Below are positions 27,066-38,017 of a DNA stretch of 64,000 nucleotides, one piece after another. The DNA is from an uncultured delta proteobacterium (GTDB lineage: Bacteria > Desulfobacterota > Desulfomonilia > Desulfomonilales > Desulfomonilaceae), in the NCBI GenBank assembly GCA_963711335.1, contig CAVQDX010000040.1, forward strand, positions 171,267 to 235,266, in the 5' to 3' direction. The notes under the pieces are model-generated. The model saw nothing but the letters and a program-made list of their open reading frames with translations, ran no database searches and had not been told where the DNA came from. Within the stretch, counting starts at the first letter, position 1. Each line of letters begins with the position of its first letter. The position numbers and the translations under genes were made by a program.

Positions 27066-30000
27066 ATGGATTTGACTCGTCGTCAGTTCATTTTGCTTTC
27101 CGGCGCAGTTGGAGCCGGGGCGGCTTTGTCTTCCCTCGGGCTCGATCTGGGGCCGGTCAAAGCTTATGCTGAAGAACTCAAAATCGACAAAATGAAGAGC
27201 GCGAAAAATACCACAACTATATGTCCTTACTGCTCAGTATCTTGTGGTCTTATCGTGAGCACAGACACCGCAGCCGGAAAAATCATCAACATTGAGGGGG
27301 ACCCGGACCATCCCATCAACGAAGGAGCGCTTTGCGCCAAAGGCTCCGCTCTTTACCAGACAACGGCCAATAACCCTAATCGTTTGACCAAGGTGCTTTA
27401 TCGGGCGCCATTCAGTGACAAATGGGAAGAAAAACCATGGGACTGGGCCGTAACTGAAATCGCCAAGAGAGCAAAAGCCACTCGCGACGCTGATTTCATA
27501 GAGAAAAACAGCAAAGGACAGACTAGTCAACCGCGTTGAAACTATCGCTCATCTCGGAAGTTCAAACATAGACAATGAGGAATGCCATACTCTTAACGCA
27601 TTGATGAGAAGCCTGGGGGTAGTCTATCTGGACCACCAGGCGCGGGTTTGACACAGCCCGACAGTTGCGGCTCTGGGAGAGTCGTTCGGGCGTGGCGCAA
27701 TGACCAATCATTGGATAGATCTCAAAAACAGTGACTGCCTTCTGATCATGGGCAGTAACGCTGCGGAAAACCACCCTATCTCCATGAAGTGGGTAATGAG
27801 GGCAAGAGAGAACGGGGGCAAGATTATTTCTGTTGATCCTCGTTTTACTCGTACTTCAGCGGTCGCCGACATCTATGCGCCTCTTAGATCAGGAACCGAC
27901 ATCGCCTTCCTGGGGGGCATGATCAACTACATCATTGAAAAGAATAAGTATTTCAATGATTACGTTCTAAACTACACCAATGCGTCGTACATTGTCGGAG
28001 ACAAGTTTGATTTTAACGATGGACTGTTCTCGGGGTATGACCCCCAGAACAAAAAATACGACGCTTCCAAATGGGCGTTTAAACTCAACGACAAGGGTGT
28101 CCCAGAGATGGACCCCACTCTGAAAAATCCGCGCTGTGTGTTCCAGTTGTTAAAAAAACACTACTCCCGATACCCTCTTGAAAAGGTTTCAGAGATAACC
28201 GGGACTCCGGTGGCCGATCTTCTCAAGGTATACGAGGCGTTCTCTTCGACAGGGGTGAAGGACAAAGCCGGTACGGTGCTCTACGCATTGGGGTGGACGC
28301 ACCACACCTTCGGGACACAAAATATCCGAGCCAGCGCCATCATTCAGTTGCTGCTCGGTAATATTGGAATTGCAGGCGGCGGAATCAACGCCCTTCGCGG
28401 TCAGCCCAATGTTCAAGGCTCCACTGATGGTTGTTTGCTTTTCCACTTGATACCCGGCTACTTGAAAGTCCCTCGAACTTCCCAACAGAGTCTGGAGTCA
28501 TACCTCAAGGCCAACACTCCAACCACGGCAGAGCCTCAATCCCCGAATTGGTGGCAGAACACTCCCAAGTACACGGTCAGTCTTCTCAAATCCTACTATG
28601 GCGATAAGGGTTCGAAGGAGAATGATTTCGGTTACGCATGGTTGCCGAAGTGTGACGACGGAGCCACATATTCGTGGTTCGACATGTGCGATGTTATGTA
28701 TCAGGGAAAAATGAAGGGTATGTTCGTGTTCAGTCAAAATCCGGCAGGGAGCCACCCTAACACGAATAAAGTAGTCAAAGCGCTTTCGAATCTGGACTGG
28801 CTGGTGCACACCAACATTTTCAACAATGAAACGGCGTCCTTCTGGCATGGCCCTGGTTTAGACCCTAAAAAAATCAAAACAGAGGTATTTCTGTTACCGG
28901 CCGCATGTTCAGTGGAAAAAGAAGGTAGTCTCTCAAATAGCGGCAGGCTTGCCCAATGGCGTTACAAGGCGGTTGAACCCCCTGGAGACGCCATTTCTGA
29001 TGGAGACATGGTTGCCAGGCTCGTTCTGAAACTCAAGGAACTCTATCAAAAAGAAGGAGGGAAATGCCCCGAGCCGATTCTGAATCTCCAGTGGGATTAC
29101 GTGGATGAAAAGGGCCGATATGACTCGCACAAGGTAGCTAAAGGAGTTAACGGTTATTTCCTGAAGGACGTGACGATCAAAGATCCTTCAGGGAAAGATC
29201 TCAATTTCAAGAAGGGCGATCTTGTTCCCACCTTCGGATTCTTACAGGCCGACGGTAGCACATCGTGCGGCAACTGGATCTATTGCGCTAGCTACACAAA
29301 CGCCGGGAACATGATGGCCCGCCGCGGAAAAGAGGATCCCACAGGACTTGGGCTCTATTCCAACTGGGCCTGGTGCTGGCCGGTCAATCGTAGAATCATT
29401 TACAACAGAGCTTCCTGTGACCCGAGTGGCGCCCCGTGGAACCCCAAGCGACCCCTCCTGAAGTGGGAAGGGGACAAATGGGTCGGGGACGTTCCTGATG
29501 GACCTTGGCCTCCCATGAGTGACAAGGAAAAGGGGAAACTGCCGTTCATCATGAAACCGGATGGAAGAGCTTTCCTGTATGGTCCAGGACTGGTGGACGG
29601 GCCGTTTCCAGAGCAGTATGAACCAGTGGAAAGCCCGTTAAAAAAGAACCCGATGTCCAAACAAATGAATAACCCAGCGATCAAGTTCTTCAAGAGTGAC
29701 ATGGACAAGATTGCGTCAGGCGGATCCTAATTTTCCGTTTGTTTGCAGCACCAATGGCCTCGCTGAGCACTGGTGTAGTGGATCTTTCACGCGATGGCAA
29801 CCTTGGCTTCTCGAAGCCCAGCCTGAACTCTTTGTCGAAATGAGTCCGCAACTCGCCAAAGAGATCGGCGTCAAGAACGGCGATAGGGTTAAGGTGGCGT
29901 CCATCAGGGGAGAAGTGGAGTGTGTGGCCATGGTGACCCCGCGCATGCGTCCATTCAAGATTACCGGTAAAGTTGTTCATCAGGTGGCGCTGCCTTATGC

Positions 30001-30127
30001 TTTCGGCTGGCTGATTCCAAAATCGGCCAGGAACAACTCAACAAATCTCCTTACACCAGCAGTAGGAGATGCCAACACCATGTGCCCCGAATACAAGGGA
30101 TTCATGGTCAATGTCACGAAAGTATGA
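27066..30127 (+). pseudogene. fdhA: periplasmic formate dehydrogenase catalytic subunit, selenocysteine-containing, Tat-exported; frame broken twice as sequenced
   Basis: Twin-arginine leader MDLTRRQFILLSGAVGAGAA and 4Fe-4S motif CPYCSVSCG. In-frame TGA at 27649..27651 within LDHQARV-U-HSPTVAALGESFGRGAMTNHW. The three pieces 27066..27539, 27523..29730 and 29696..30127 join as ..FIEK..|LVNRVETIAHLGSSNIDNEEC.. (junction between 27504 and 27522; an A5 run lies at 27504..27508) and ..DKIAS.|ADPNFPFVCST.. (near 29716-29724). Confidence 0.88.
27649..27690 (+). promoter_or_regulatory. selenocysteine UGA codon plus candidate SECIS hairpin
   Basis: The TGA at 27649 is in frame with ORF 27700..29730 (51 nt apart). 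The hairpin 27668..27684, CGGCTCT-GGG-AGAGTCG, has 7 bp including one G-U and starts 17 nt after the UGA. Confidence 0.6.
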
Positions 30128-30140
30128 GGAGGTGTAAAAA

Positions 30141-30788
30141 ATGTCCAAAGGATTCTCGATACTCGTAGACACCTCCAAATGCACCGCGTGCAGAGGTTGT
30201 CAGATAGCGTGTAAGCAGTGGAATCAGTTGCCGGCCACGCAAACGAAGAACTGGGGCAGTTACCAAAACCCGCAAGATCTGTCGGCTGTGACCTGGAAAT
30301 TGGTCAGGATGGCAGACGGAACGAACGGCGATGGCAAAGTTTACTGGAACTTCTTTTCCGATCAATGCAGACACTGCCTGTCTCCGGGTTGTATGGCGGC
30401 GGCCGAAAATGGTGAAATTGTCCAGGACGAAAAAACCGGGGCTGTACTTTTCACCCCAAAAACAAAGGACCTGGACTTCAAGGCTACTCTCGAGGGATGT
30501 CCATACAACATTCCTCGGCAGGATCCCAAAACAAAGCAACTTTTCAAGTGCGTAATGTGTTTCGACAGAATTACCAACAACCAGATCCCTGCCTGTGTAA
30601 AAGCTTGTCCCACTGGAGCAATGGTTTTCGGGGAACGTGACAAGATCGTGGATATGGCCAAGAAAAGGGCAGAGGAACTCAAGAAAACTTACCCCAAAGC
30701 TGCGGCTCTTAATGCTGACGACGTTCGGGTGATCTATGTAGTCAAGGACGACCCCAAGAAGTATTACGAGTTCGCCGCCGGCAAATAG
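30141..30788 (+). CDS. fdhB: formate dehydrogenase iron-sulfur (beta) subunit
   Basis: 215 aa with CTACRGCQIACK, CRHCLSPGC, C..CPYNIP and CVMCFDR......PACVKACPTGA ferredoxin motifs. Starts 11 nt after fdhA. Confidence 0.88.
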   Translation: MSKGFSILVDTSKCTACRGCQIACKQWNQLPATQTKNWGSYQNPQDLSAVTWKLVRMADGTNGDGKVYWNFFSDQCRHCLSPGCMAAAENGEIVQDEKTGAVLFTPKTKDLDFKATLEGCPYNIPRQDPKTKQLFKCVMCFDRITNNQIPACVKACPTGAMVFGERDKIVDMAKKRAEELKKTYPKAAALNADDVRVIYVVKDDPKKYYEFAAGK

Positions 30789-30810
30789 GTTTTCTCATTT
30801 CTTAAGAGCG

Positions 30811-30838
30811 CAACCCTGAGGAATTTTCCTCAGGGTTG
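30811..30838 (+). terminator. strong hairpin after fdhB (terminator candidate without a clear U tract)
   Basis: CAACCCTGAGG-AATTTT-CCTCAGGGTTG, a perfect 11 bp stem 23 nt after the fdhB stop. Confidence 0.5.
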
Positions 30839-30927
30839 TCGCTTCACCGAATCAGATTTAATCTCAGTGTCTTTGCAATGTGACCCGTTCTTTGAAGATG
30901 TGATTCCAATAAATCGTGTGGTTCTGA

Positions 30928-31329
30928 ATGGATTTCAGACTTCGCTACAAGATCTGGCTCGAAAACGACGCGGGAAAACCTGTAATTGGAATGGGCAAGG
31001 TCAAAATTCTGCTCGCAATCCGCAGGTTTGGCTCCATTAGCGCCGCGGCTCGTGAACTTGACCAGCCATATCGTAATGTCTGGGCAAAGATTAGAGAAGC
31101 CGAGAAACATTGCGGATACAAGCTGGTAGAAACCGGTCACACAGGATCCAGCCTCACTGACAATGGCGAACAACTCCTCTCCAAATATATGACGCTATTC
31201 AGAAGTTGCTCACGATCGGCCAAGCTCAAGTTCCACCAACTCTTCACCGGTGATTGCGACACTAATATTGGAGCACAAGACAATTCAAATCTTCCGGCCG
31301 AAGAGGAAGATTCAGAATGGCTGAGTTGA
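30928..31329 (+). CDS. ModE-N-terminal-like winged-helix regulator without Mop/TOBE domains
   Basis: KIWLENDAGKPVIGMGKVKILLAIRRFGSISAAARELDQPYRNVWAKIREAEKHCGYKLVE resembles the LysR-type HTH of the ModE N-terminal domain. 133 aa in total. Confidence 0.55.
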   Translation: MDFRLRYKIWLENDAGKPVIGMGKVKILLAIRRFGSISAAARELDQPYRNVWAKIREAEKHCGYKLVETGHTGSSLTDNGEQLLSKYMTLFRSCSRSAKLKFHQLFTGDCDTNIGAQDNSNLPAEEEDSEWLS

Positions 31330-31673
31330 AGACGGTTTCGGAACAATTTAGTTTTGAACTATTAATCGAAAGGAGACTGAACAACTAACTAAATTGTAAA
31401 CATGACTGACATTATGTTTCGGAAAACTTTACACCACTGACCTTATATCCTTCCTACGCTCCGTCAAATTGAGAGTATTTTCCCGTAATTGAACCAATAT
31501 ATTCTGTTTGGATTTCTATAGAAATGTTGGCGCGGTTAATGCATCTATCCTGAGTAGCTCATAAACAAGGGCGCCTGAAGACTCATTCTTGCGCCGCGCT
31601 TAGATGAATTTGTTGACCTGGCCCATAATGTTTGTTTACTATCGTGACCCTCTAAGCCACGCTTGAGGTCATC

Positions 31674-32702
31674 TTGACTGATCCTTTTTTCGACATCGCC
31701 ATAGCCCTCACACTATGTTTCGCATTTGTAAATGGATTTCATGACGGCGGTAATGTAGTGGCCGCCACAATTTGCTCACGGGCCATGAACCCTTGGAGAG
31801 CCCTATTTTACGCCGCCATCGCGGAGTTTATAGGGCCGGTATTGCTCGGAACCGCCGTAGCAAGAACTATGTCTTCCTGCGTGCTCAGGCCTGACATGGT
31901 TGAGGATATTCAACCTCACATCCTATATATTGTCGTTTGTAGCGCAATGGCCGGCGCCATGTCCTGGAAGTTGCCTACCTGGTATTTCGGTCTACCGTCA
32001 AGCGGTTCCCACGCGTTGATCGGCGGATTAGTGGGAGCGGGCGCCATCGGTATAGGCGTTCAGTCGATTATGATCGACAAAGTTATTCGCAGTGTTCTGC
32101 TCCCTCTCATGTTGTCACCGATCCTGGGGATTTTTCTCGGGTATTTTCTTTTTTCAGTTATTAGGCGCCTGTTCGCAGGAGCCCACAGGCGCATAGGCCA
32201 GTTTTTCGCTGTTCTTCAAAGGCCGGTAATGGCGCTCCTGGCCGCAGGCCACGGTTCAAATGACGCCCAGAAATCCATGGGGGTCATCGCGATAATCCTT
32301 TCGGCAAGCGTTCATGAGGTGGAAGGCGCCTTGATCCTGCCCGATTGGGTACTTTACAGTTGCGCAGCGGCGTTGGCTTTGGGACTATTGGCGGGCGGTT
32401 GGCGCATCGTCAAGAAAGTAGGAACAGGAATCTCCAAGATGGAACCGGTTCATGCGTTTGCGGCCCAACTGTCATCCGCGGTAATAATACTTGGCGCCTC
32501 AGTGTTTGGGGGACCGGTGAGCGCTACGCAGGTGGTAGGATCATCCGTGCTTGGAGTAGGAGCTTCCCGCAGGGCCAGCGGGGTCAAATGGTCCGCGGCC
32601 ACACAGATCGGCTACGCCTGGATTCTGACCTTCCCTGTGTCTATGCTCATTGGAGCCGGATTCTGTCGGCTTTTAATCCATTTCTTCGCTTCCACCAATT
32701 GA
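31674..32702 (+). CDS. pit: inorganic phosphate transporter, PiT (PHO4) family
   Basis: 342 aa polytopic protein with two copies of the PiT signature (GFHDGGNVVA and GHGSNDAQKSMG). TTG start. Confidence 0.85.
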   Translation: MTDPFFDIAIALTLCFAFVNGFHDGGNVVAATICSRAMNPWRALFYAAIAEFIGPVLLGTAVARTMSSCVLRPDMVEDIQPHILYIVVCSAMAGAMSWKLPTWYFGLPSSGSHALIGGLVGAGAIGIGVQSIMIDKVIRSVLLPLMLSPILGIFLGYFLFSVIRRLFAGAHRRIGQFFAVLQRPVMALLAAGHGSNDAQKSMGVIAIILSASVHEVEGALILPDWVLYSCAAALALGLLAGGWRIVKKVGTGISKMEPVHAFAAQLSSAVIILGASVFGGPVSATQVVGSSVLGVGASRRASGVKWSAATQIGYAWILTFPVSMLIGAGFCRLLIHFFASTN

Positions 32703-32710
32703 GGTGACGA

Positions 32711-33322
32711 ATGGCATTGTGGAAAATCTTCGGCCAAAAGCGTGAAGCTGATTTTTACGAACTGTTACTCTCTCAATGTGAAAAGACCGTCCAGGGATGT
32801 CAGTCTCTGGTCAGGTTTCTGGACAATGACAGTCCGCCTGAAGATCTGTTGAGACTGGAACAGGAAGCCGACGACATTCGTCGAATACTCATTGACGAAC
32901 TAAATCAGACATTTATAACACCAATGGACCGTGAAGACATTTTCATGCTTTCAAGGGCCATAGACGACGTGCTTGACCACGCATACAACGCCGTCAAAGA
33001 AATGGAGGTCTTTGACGTCCAAAGCAATGAATTTCTTTTCAAGATGGCGGAATTATTATTAAAAGGGGCTGAAGAACTCCTGAACGCTATCAAACACCTG
33101 AAGAAAAACCCAAATGTGGCGGTCGGATACGTTGTAAGGGCGAAACGATTGGAGAATGAAATGAACGACGCTTATCTGGATGCGCTCAAGCAGCTATTTT
33201 CGGGGAACAACGTCAGGCTCATGCTTAGTTACAGGGAGATTTACAGACATTTTAACAGGAGCGCTGACACGGTGGATGAAGCGGCCAACATTATAAGCGA
33301 CATTGTAGTCAAGATGGGATAA
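32711..33322 (+). CDS. DUF47 / PhoU-like phosphate transport regulator (PiT-associated)
   Basis: 203 aa helical protein (..EADDIRRILIDELNQTFITPMDREDIFMLSRAIDDVLD..) immediately downstream of pit, the usual genomic partner. Confidence 0.75.
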   Translation: MALWKIFGQKREADFYELLLSQCEKTVQGCQSLVRFLDNDSPPEDLLRLEQEADDIRRILIDELNQTFITPMDREDIFMLSRAIDDVLDHAYNAVKEMEVFDVQSNEFLFKMAELLLKGAEELLNAIKHLKKNPNVAVGYVVRAKRLENEMNDAYLDALKQLFSGNNVRLMLSYREIYRHFNRSADTVDEAANIISDIVVKMG

Positions 33323-33328
33323 CCCATT

Positions 33329-36300
33329 CTAAACCGGATCTGGAGCTATTTCAGTTATCCCGTATGAAGTCCCCATAGAAGTCAGATCGTTTGGACGATT
33401 GGAATCGGGCGCTAGATTCTTTTTCTTGCCATTACCATTACCGTTACCATTTCCGTTTCCGTTTGAGCCGCTCCATCTTTCGAGAATCTCGGCCAGGTCT
33501 CTGGCTTGAATCGGCTTTGAAATGTAATCATTCATCCCCGCCTCTATACATCTTTCTCTGTCTCCTTTCATCGCGTGGGCGGTCATGGCTATTATGCGCA
33601 CATGAGGATCCAGAATCTCGTCAACACTTTCACGAATAATCCTTGTTGCCCGTAAACCATCCATTATCGGCATCTGAACATCCATTAGAACTATATCGAA
33701 CTTCTCCTGTTTCAGTATATCGATGGCCTGAACTCCGTCATTAGCGCAGTGAGCCTCGTGGCCCATTTTTTCAAGGACGGACAACGCCAGTTTCTGATTC
33801 GTATAATTGTCTTCGACCACCAGAACCCGAAGTCTTTTTCTCCTGGCCTCGGCTATTGTATGCCTTGTGACGATCCGCCTATTTTCCCTGCCAATTTGAG
33901 CGCAGGCCTGTCCAAGAGACATCACCAGACAATCATAAAGTTGCGCCTGCCGCACCGGTTTGGTGAGGTAACCCGCAAATCCTTTCTCCTGCAAACGCTT
34001 TGCGTCGCCACGTCTGCTCAGTGATGTCATCATGATCAATATCAGGTCATTCAAGTCAGGGTCCCCTTTGATAATTTCGCCAAGAGTTTCCCCGTCCATA
34101 GCAGGCATTTGCATATCCAGAAGGACGATCTCGTATGGGTCACCCGTTAAGGAAGCGTGGCGCAGCTTAACTAGAGCGGACGCCCCGCCATCGACCAGGT
34201 CAAAACGGCAACCCCATGCTTGAAGATAGGCCTCCAGGAGTCTGCGATTCGTAGCGTTATCGTCTACCCCAAGGATCCTACGGCCACAGATTTCCTCTCT
34301 CGGACTGACCCGTTTTGGAGGAGCGAAAGGCTGCTGTTCCAGGACAGCAGTGAACCAGAAAATAGAAACCATTATCTGTTCCACTCTCCACGCCAATCTC
34401 CCCGCCCATTAATTCAACCAGGTTCTTTGAGATGGAAAGCCCCAAGCCGGTTCCTCCATACTGTCTCGTGTCTGATGAGTCAATCTGGGTGAATGGATCG
34501 AAGAGTTGCTCCACCTTATCCGCCGGGATACCAATACCCGTGTCACTCACGGTGAATTTCAATATCGTCTTGTTCTCCAACTCGCCCAATACGGACACGT
34601 TGACGGATACTTCCCCATGTGGGGTAAACTTTATGGCGTTTCCGATTATGTTTGTGAGAATTTGCCTAAGTCTCCCCGGATCACCAATCACAAATGAAGG
34701 AACCTCCGGATCGATCAGGCAGACAACTTCCAGATCCTTTTCCTGCGCCCTCATAGCCAGTAGATCCGATATGTCCTCCAGTGTGGCCCGTAGATCAAAG
34801 TCTATGTTTTCTAAAGCAAGTTTTCCTGCTTCAATCTTTGAAAAATCAAGGATGTCGTTTATCAAAGTCAACAGAGCGTCTCCGCCGATCTTGATGATCT
34901 CAGAGTATTCCCTCTGCTTTTCATCAAGCTCAGTGTCGAGCAACAGTTCAGTCATTCCTATTACCCCATTCAGCGGGGTTCTTATTTCATGGCTAACATT
35001 GGCCAGAAACTGGCTTTTGGCGATGTTCGCCGCCTGCGCCTCGACAGTCAGCTTTTGGGCTTCCTTGATGGATGATCTCAGCCTTTGGTTGGTTTCCTCG
35101 ACTTCGGAGTTTGCCTTTCGTAAGGCTTCTTCAGAACTCTTCCTCTCAGAGATGTCTCGGATACTTGTGAGTACCAGATTAGTGGCTCCATCCTCAAACT
35201 TTTTCAAAATTACTTCAGCGTGAAAAAACGATCCATCCGATCGCCTGGCTTCCCATTCGATCATCTGATTCTCGCCATCCAGGGTTTTCCGCCACACTTC
35301 CGGCATCGTGTCTAGCGGACTCGCAGGACCGGGAAGATCTCTTTCTACAGTCGTGGACATTATTTGATCCGGAGTATAGTTAAAAAGATCGAGCATCATG
35401 CTGTTGAAACTTATCACTCTACCCGTGGCGTCCTGAATGATAAGGGCGTCATGGGCGGAATTGAACACAACCTTTAATCTGGCCTCAGAAGCCCTTACTT
35501 CGAGTTCAGACTCCTTACGCTTGAGTTCAATCGCAAAAAAACCGACGATAAGGATTACCGCTATGAGGGTAAACAATATTGGCAATAGTCTATTTGTAGA
35601 TATGTTCCTGGCCCACAAAGCGCTGCTAATATCGATTCCCAACACGGCCATAACCTTTCCGTCTGATTGTGGAGCGGATAATGGGACAAAAGCGCTTATC
35701 CACGATCCCCATTTGTCCTTATATGGGCCTTCGGTTATCTCTTTTCGTGTTTCATAGATCTTCTTTATAGCAGGCGGGGCGTCATCATATACGTAGCCCG
35801 GTGGAGAAAAATCTTTAGAGCCTATAGGCTCAGAATCCACAAGAAAAACCACTAACCCGTCTTTATAGCCCAGCAGATAAAGAAAGCGGCACAGCGGATT
35901 ACCCTTTTTAACCGATTCAAATCTCTCGTGGATAGCTCTGTAATCCGGAGACTCCATATCGCCTACGGATCCAGTCAGACGCTCAAGTTGATCCAAAGCG
36001 ACACCGCCGGCTACCATGCCGGCCTGAACCAAAAGGTTTTCTCTCTCGTTTCGATCAGCCCTGGCGCCTACCAACTCAGTAGCGCCCCAGCCGGCGACTA
36101 TCGTCAATGTCAAAGAAAACGCAAGCCACCGTCCACCTAAAGTCTCGGTTGGTTCGAGAGAAAAATCCAGGGCGGAAACCCAACGATGAAGGAAGAAGCG
36201 CCATATCCCCACAGCCATGACTACTGCGCAAGCGGCTCTTATTAACTGAACAGGAAAACCGAAGGTACGCCAGAACCATTCCTGGTTGAGTGACGAAGCA

Positions 36301-36854
36301 GGGAAAAAAGTCGATTCGGAAGGAAACAGCCCGGTGGCCAACCCATAAACGAACATGGAAACAGCGGCTATTTTTAACTGCCTGCTTTCCTTTGATAAAT
36401 TATCATTAGATTCCCGCCACAGAACCATGGCTGCAAGGACGGAACTGGAAATCCCCAGAAAATACCCACAAGTAGCGAACACACCCTTGACGCCTTCCAG
36501 AGCGCCCATAGCGGACAGAAAAATCAGGGGATAGTAGATCCACGGGCCAATTTCATTATTTCTTGTCTGGATCAAACGACTCAGGCGACCAAACTCGAAC
36601 AGGGCGATATAAGATCCTGCCACTAAAGCGAGACGTATGACCTTTAAAAGGAACAAGTCAGAGGCGCTCAGAGCCAGAGTCTCCAATAGAGAGCTGAGGC
36701 CGTGAGTCGCTGAAAAGACAGTCAACCAAACAAAGGGGAGCCGATCTCTTCCAGCCTGGGCCAAAACCCCGCAAATCACTGCCAGGATTATGAACGCTAG
36801 GCCAGAAACGAAAAATGCGTAATCGACTTGACTCGCTGCGAAATATGGCGTCAT
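33329..36854 (-). pseudogene. hybrid sensor histidine kinase (multi-TM N-terminus, extracytoplasmic domain, PAS, HisKA, HATPase, two REC), one frame break as sequenced
   Basis: ORF 34278..36854 ends inside HATPase (..GLGLSISKNLVELMGGEIGVESGTDNG). The frame of 33329..34396 continues SIFWFTAVLEQQ.. and then two REC domains. The junction sits at a run of three at 34366..34368. The C-terminal tail has GNGNGNGNGNG. Confidence 0.85.
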
Positions 36855-37188
36855 TTTAGTTCACTGGAAGGAATAAATATAATTCACATAACCCCTATGT
36901 GCCCGTGGTGGAATATATTCAATCCCAACAATGCTGTCTACAAACTTTAAGCGTCTAAAATCTGAAATAAGGCAGTTTAAAGGCGGGTTAGAGTAAATTT
37001 TTATCAAATATTTGAAACTATATCGGTTAACCTATAATAATTATGCGTAAATTTATTTACGCGCTGACAATGTGCCCATCATGAAATTTGCTGAATTTCA
37101 TGATGTAGTCATCCTCAATAAATTTTCTTAAAAGAGATGTTGAAAGAGATCGTTGAATGGAAATGGTTAGCTATTCGGGCCATGATTG

Positions 37189-37977
37189 CTATTGCATTGG
37201 GTAAGCCTTGATCCAGATTACAGCTCCAATCTCTACCTTTTTATCCTTACCCTCACGCTGGATGGGTTTGTCCGCTTCCATTATCGCTGAAAAACCCCAC
37301 CAACCGGCTTTGGGCATGGCAAAGTTGAAAACTCCATTAGGGTCTGTCTTGACAACCTGTCTAACATGAGAATCCGTAGGCGCGTGTGCGGCTCCCTTCG
37401 CCCACCACTCGACTTCTACGTCGACATCAGGAGCAGGCAATTCCGTCTTTAAAAACACGGCCTGTGAATACATTTCCTGAATAGAGGCTGTACGGTCTGG
37501 ATAGAGGGACTATTTCAGCGGGCAAACCTGCGGTTTTCGCAACAGGTTTATCCCAGCCTTCTTCCGCCCCGAAAGCGTCGACGATAACCTTCGTGGCGTG
37601 GACTATGTATTTGTCTTCGGAGGGTTCCCAGTAAGGAGCGGGCAGCAGAAAAAAAATGTAATCCGCCGGTCTGGTAACCTTGAATGTCGGTCTCCCAGGT
37701 TGACCTGCCATCCACCTTCTTTTCATGCAATGTCCCCAATAGATCAGTCAATGTTTCACCTGTTACAACACCGAATTTCTCCGGTTTGTCCATCTGCATC
37801 AGTGGACCGCCCTCAAACGGATGGGTAAACTGCAGAAGCAGACCTATATCCTTGCTGTCACCTTTGGTCACCACGTCTTTAGATGGAATTATCATTGCAA
37901 AATGGGCAAAGGCTGATACAGCGAACACCAATATCATTGTGGCTGACAACAAAAGTATGCTCTTGAGGGTTTTTCAA
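37189..37977 (-). pseudogene. DUF4198 (COG5266 CbiK-like) periplasmic metal-binding protein, frame broken 3 times as sequenced
   Basis: Pieces 37548..37952, 37427..37726 and 37189..37473 join as ..STWET.|[27 protein letters not shown].. and ..YSLYSG...|[21 protein letters not shown]... Removing one A from the A5 run at 37970..37974 gives TTG(37977)-KTLKSILLLSATMILVFAVSAFA-HF, a clean signal peptide preceded by AGGAGAG. Confidence 0.7.
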
Positions 37978-38017
37978 TTTGGCTCTCCTGCAAAATGTTG
38001 TTTCCAACTTTACGCTG

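Noticed and set aside
27025-27066. Molybdenum-cofactor (Moco) riboswitch upstream of fdhA, suggested by ..TCCGAGGCGAACC..CCGGAAAGGAGG..
   Set aside because: As I recall the Moco motif, the CCGAG-like and GAAAGGAG-like elements are separated by roughly 100 nt of paired structure. Here they are about 15 nt apart, and the second is simply the ribosome-binding site. No long conserved stems are visible upstream.
34432-35223. Long antisense ORFs in the six-frame track (for example 34432..35223 +, 53828..54562 +, 9099..9731 +, 6420..7052 +, 15725..15973 +, 25468..25956 -)
   Set aside because: Each lies entirely opposite a well-supported gene, has low-complexity Ser/Leu/Arg-rich composition typical of shadow frames, and lacks start-site signals.
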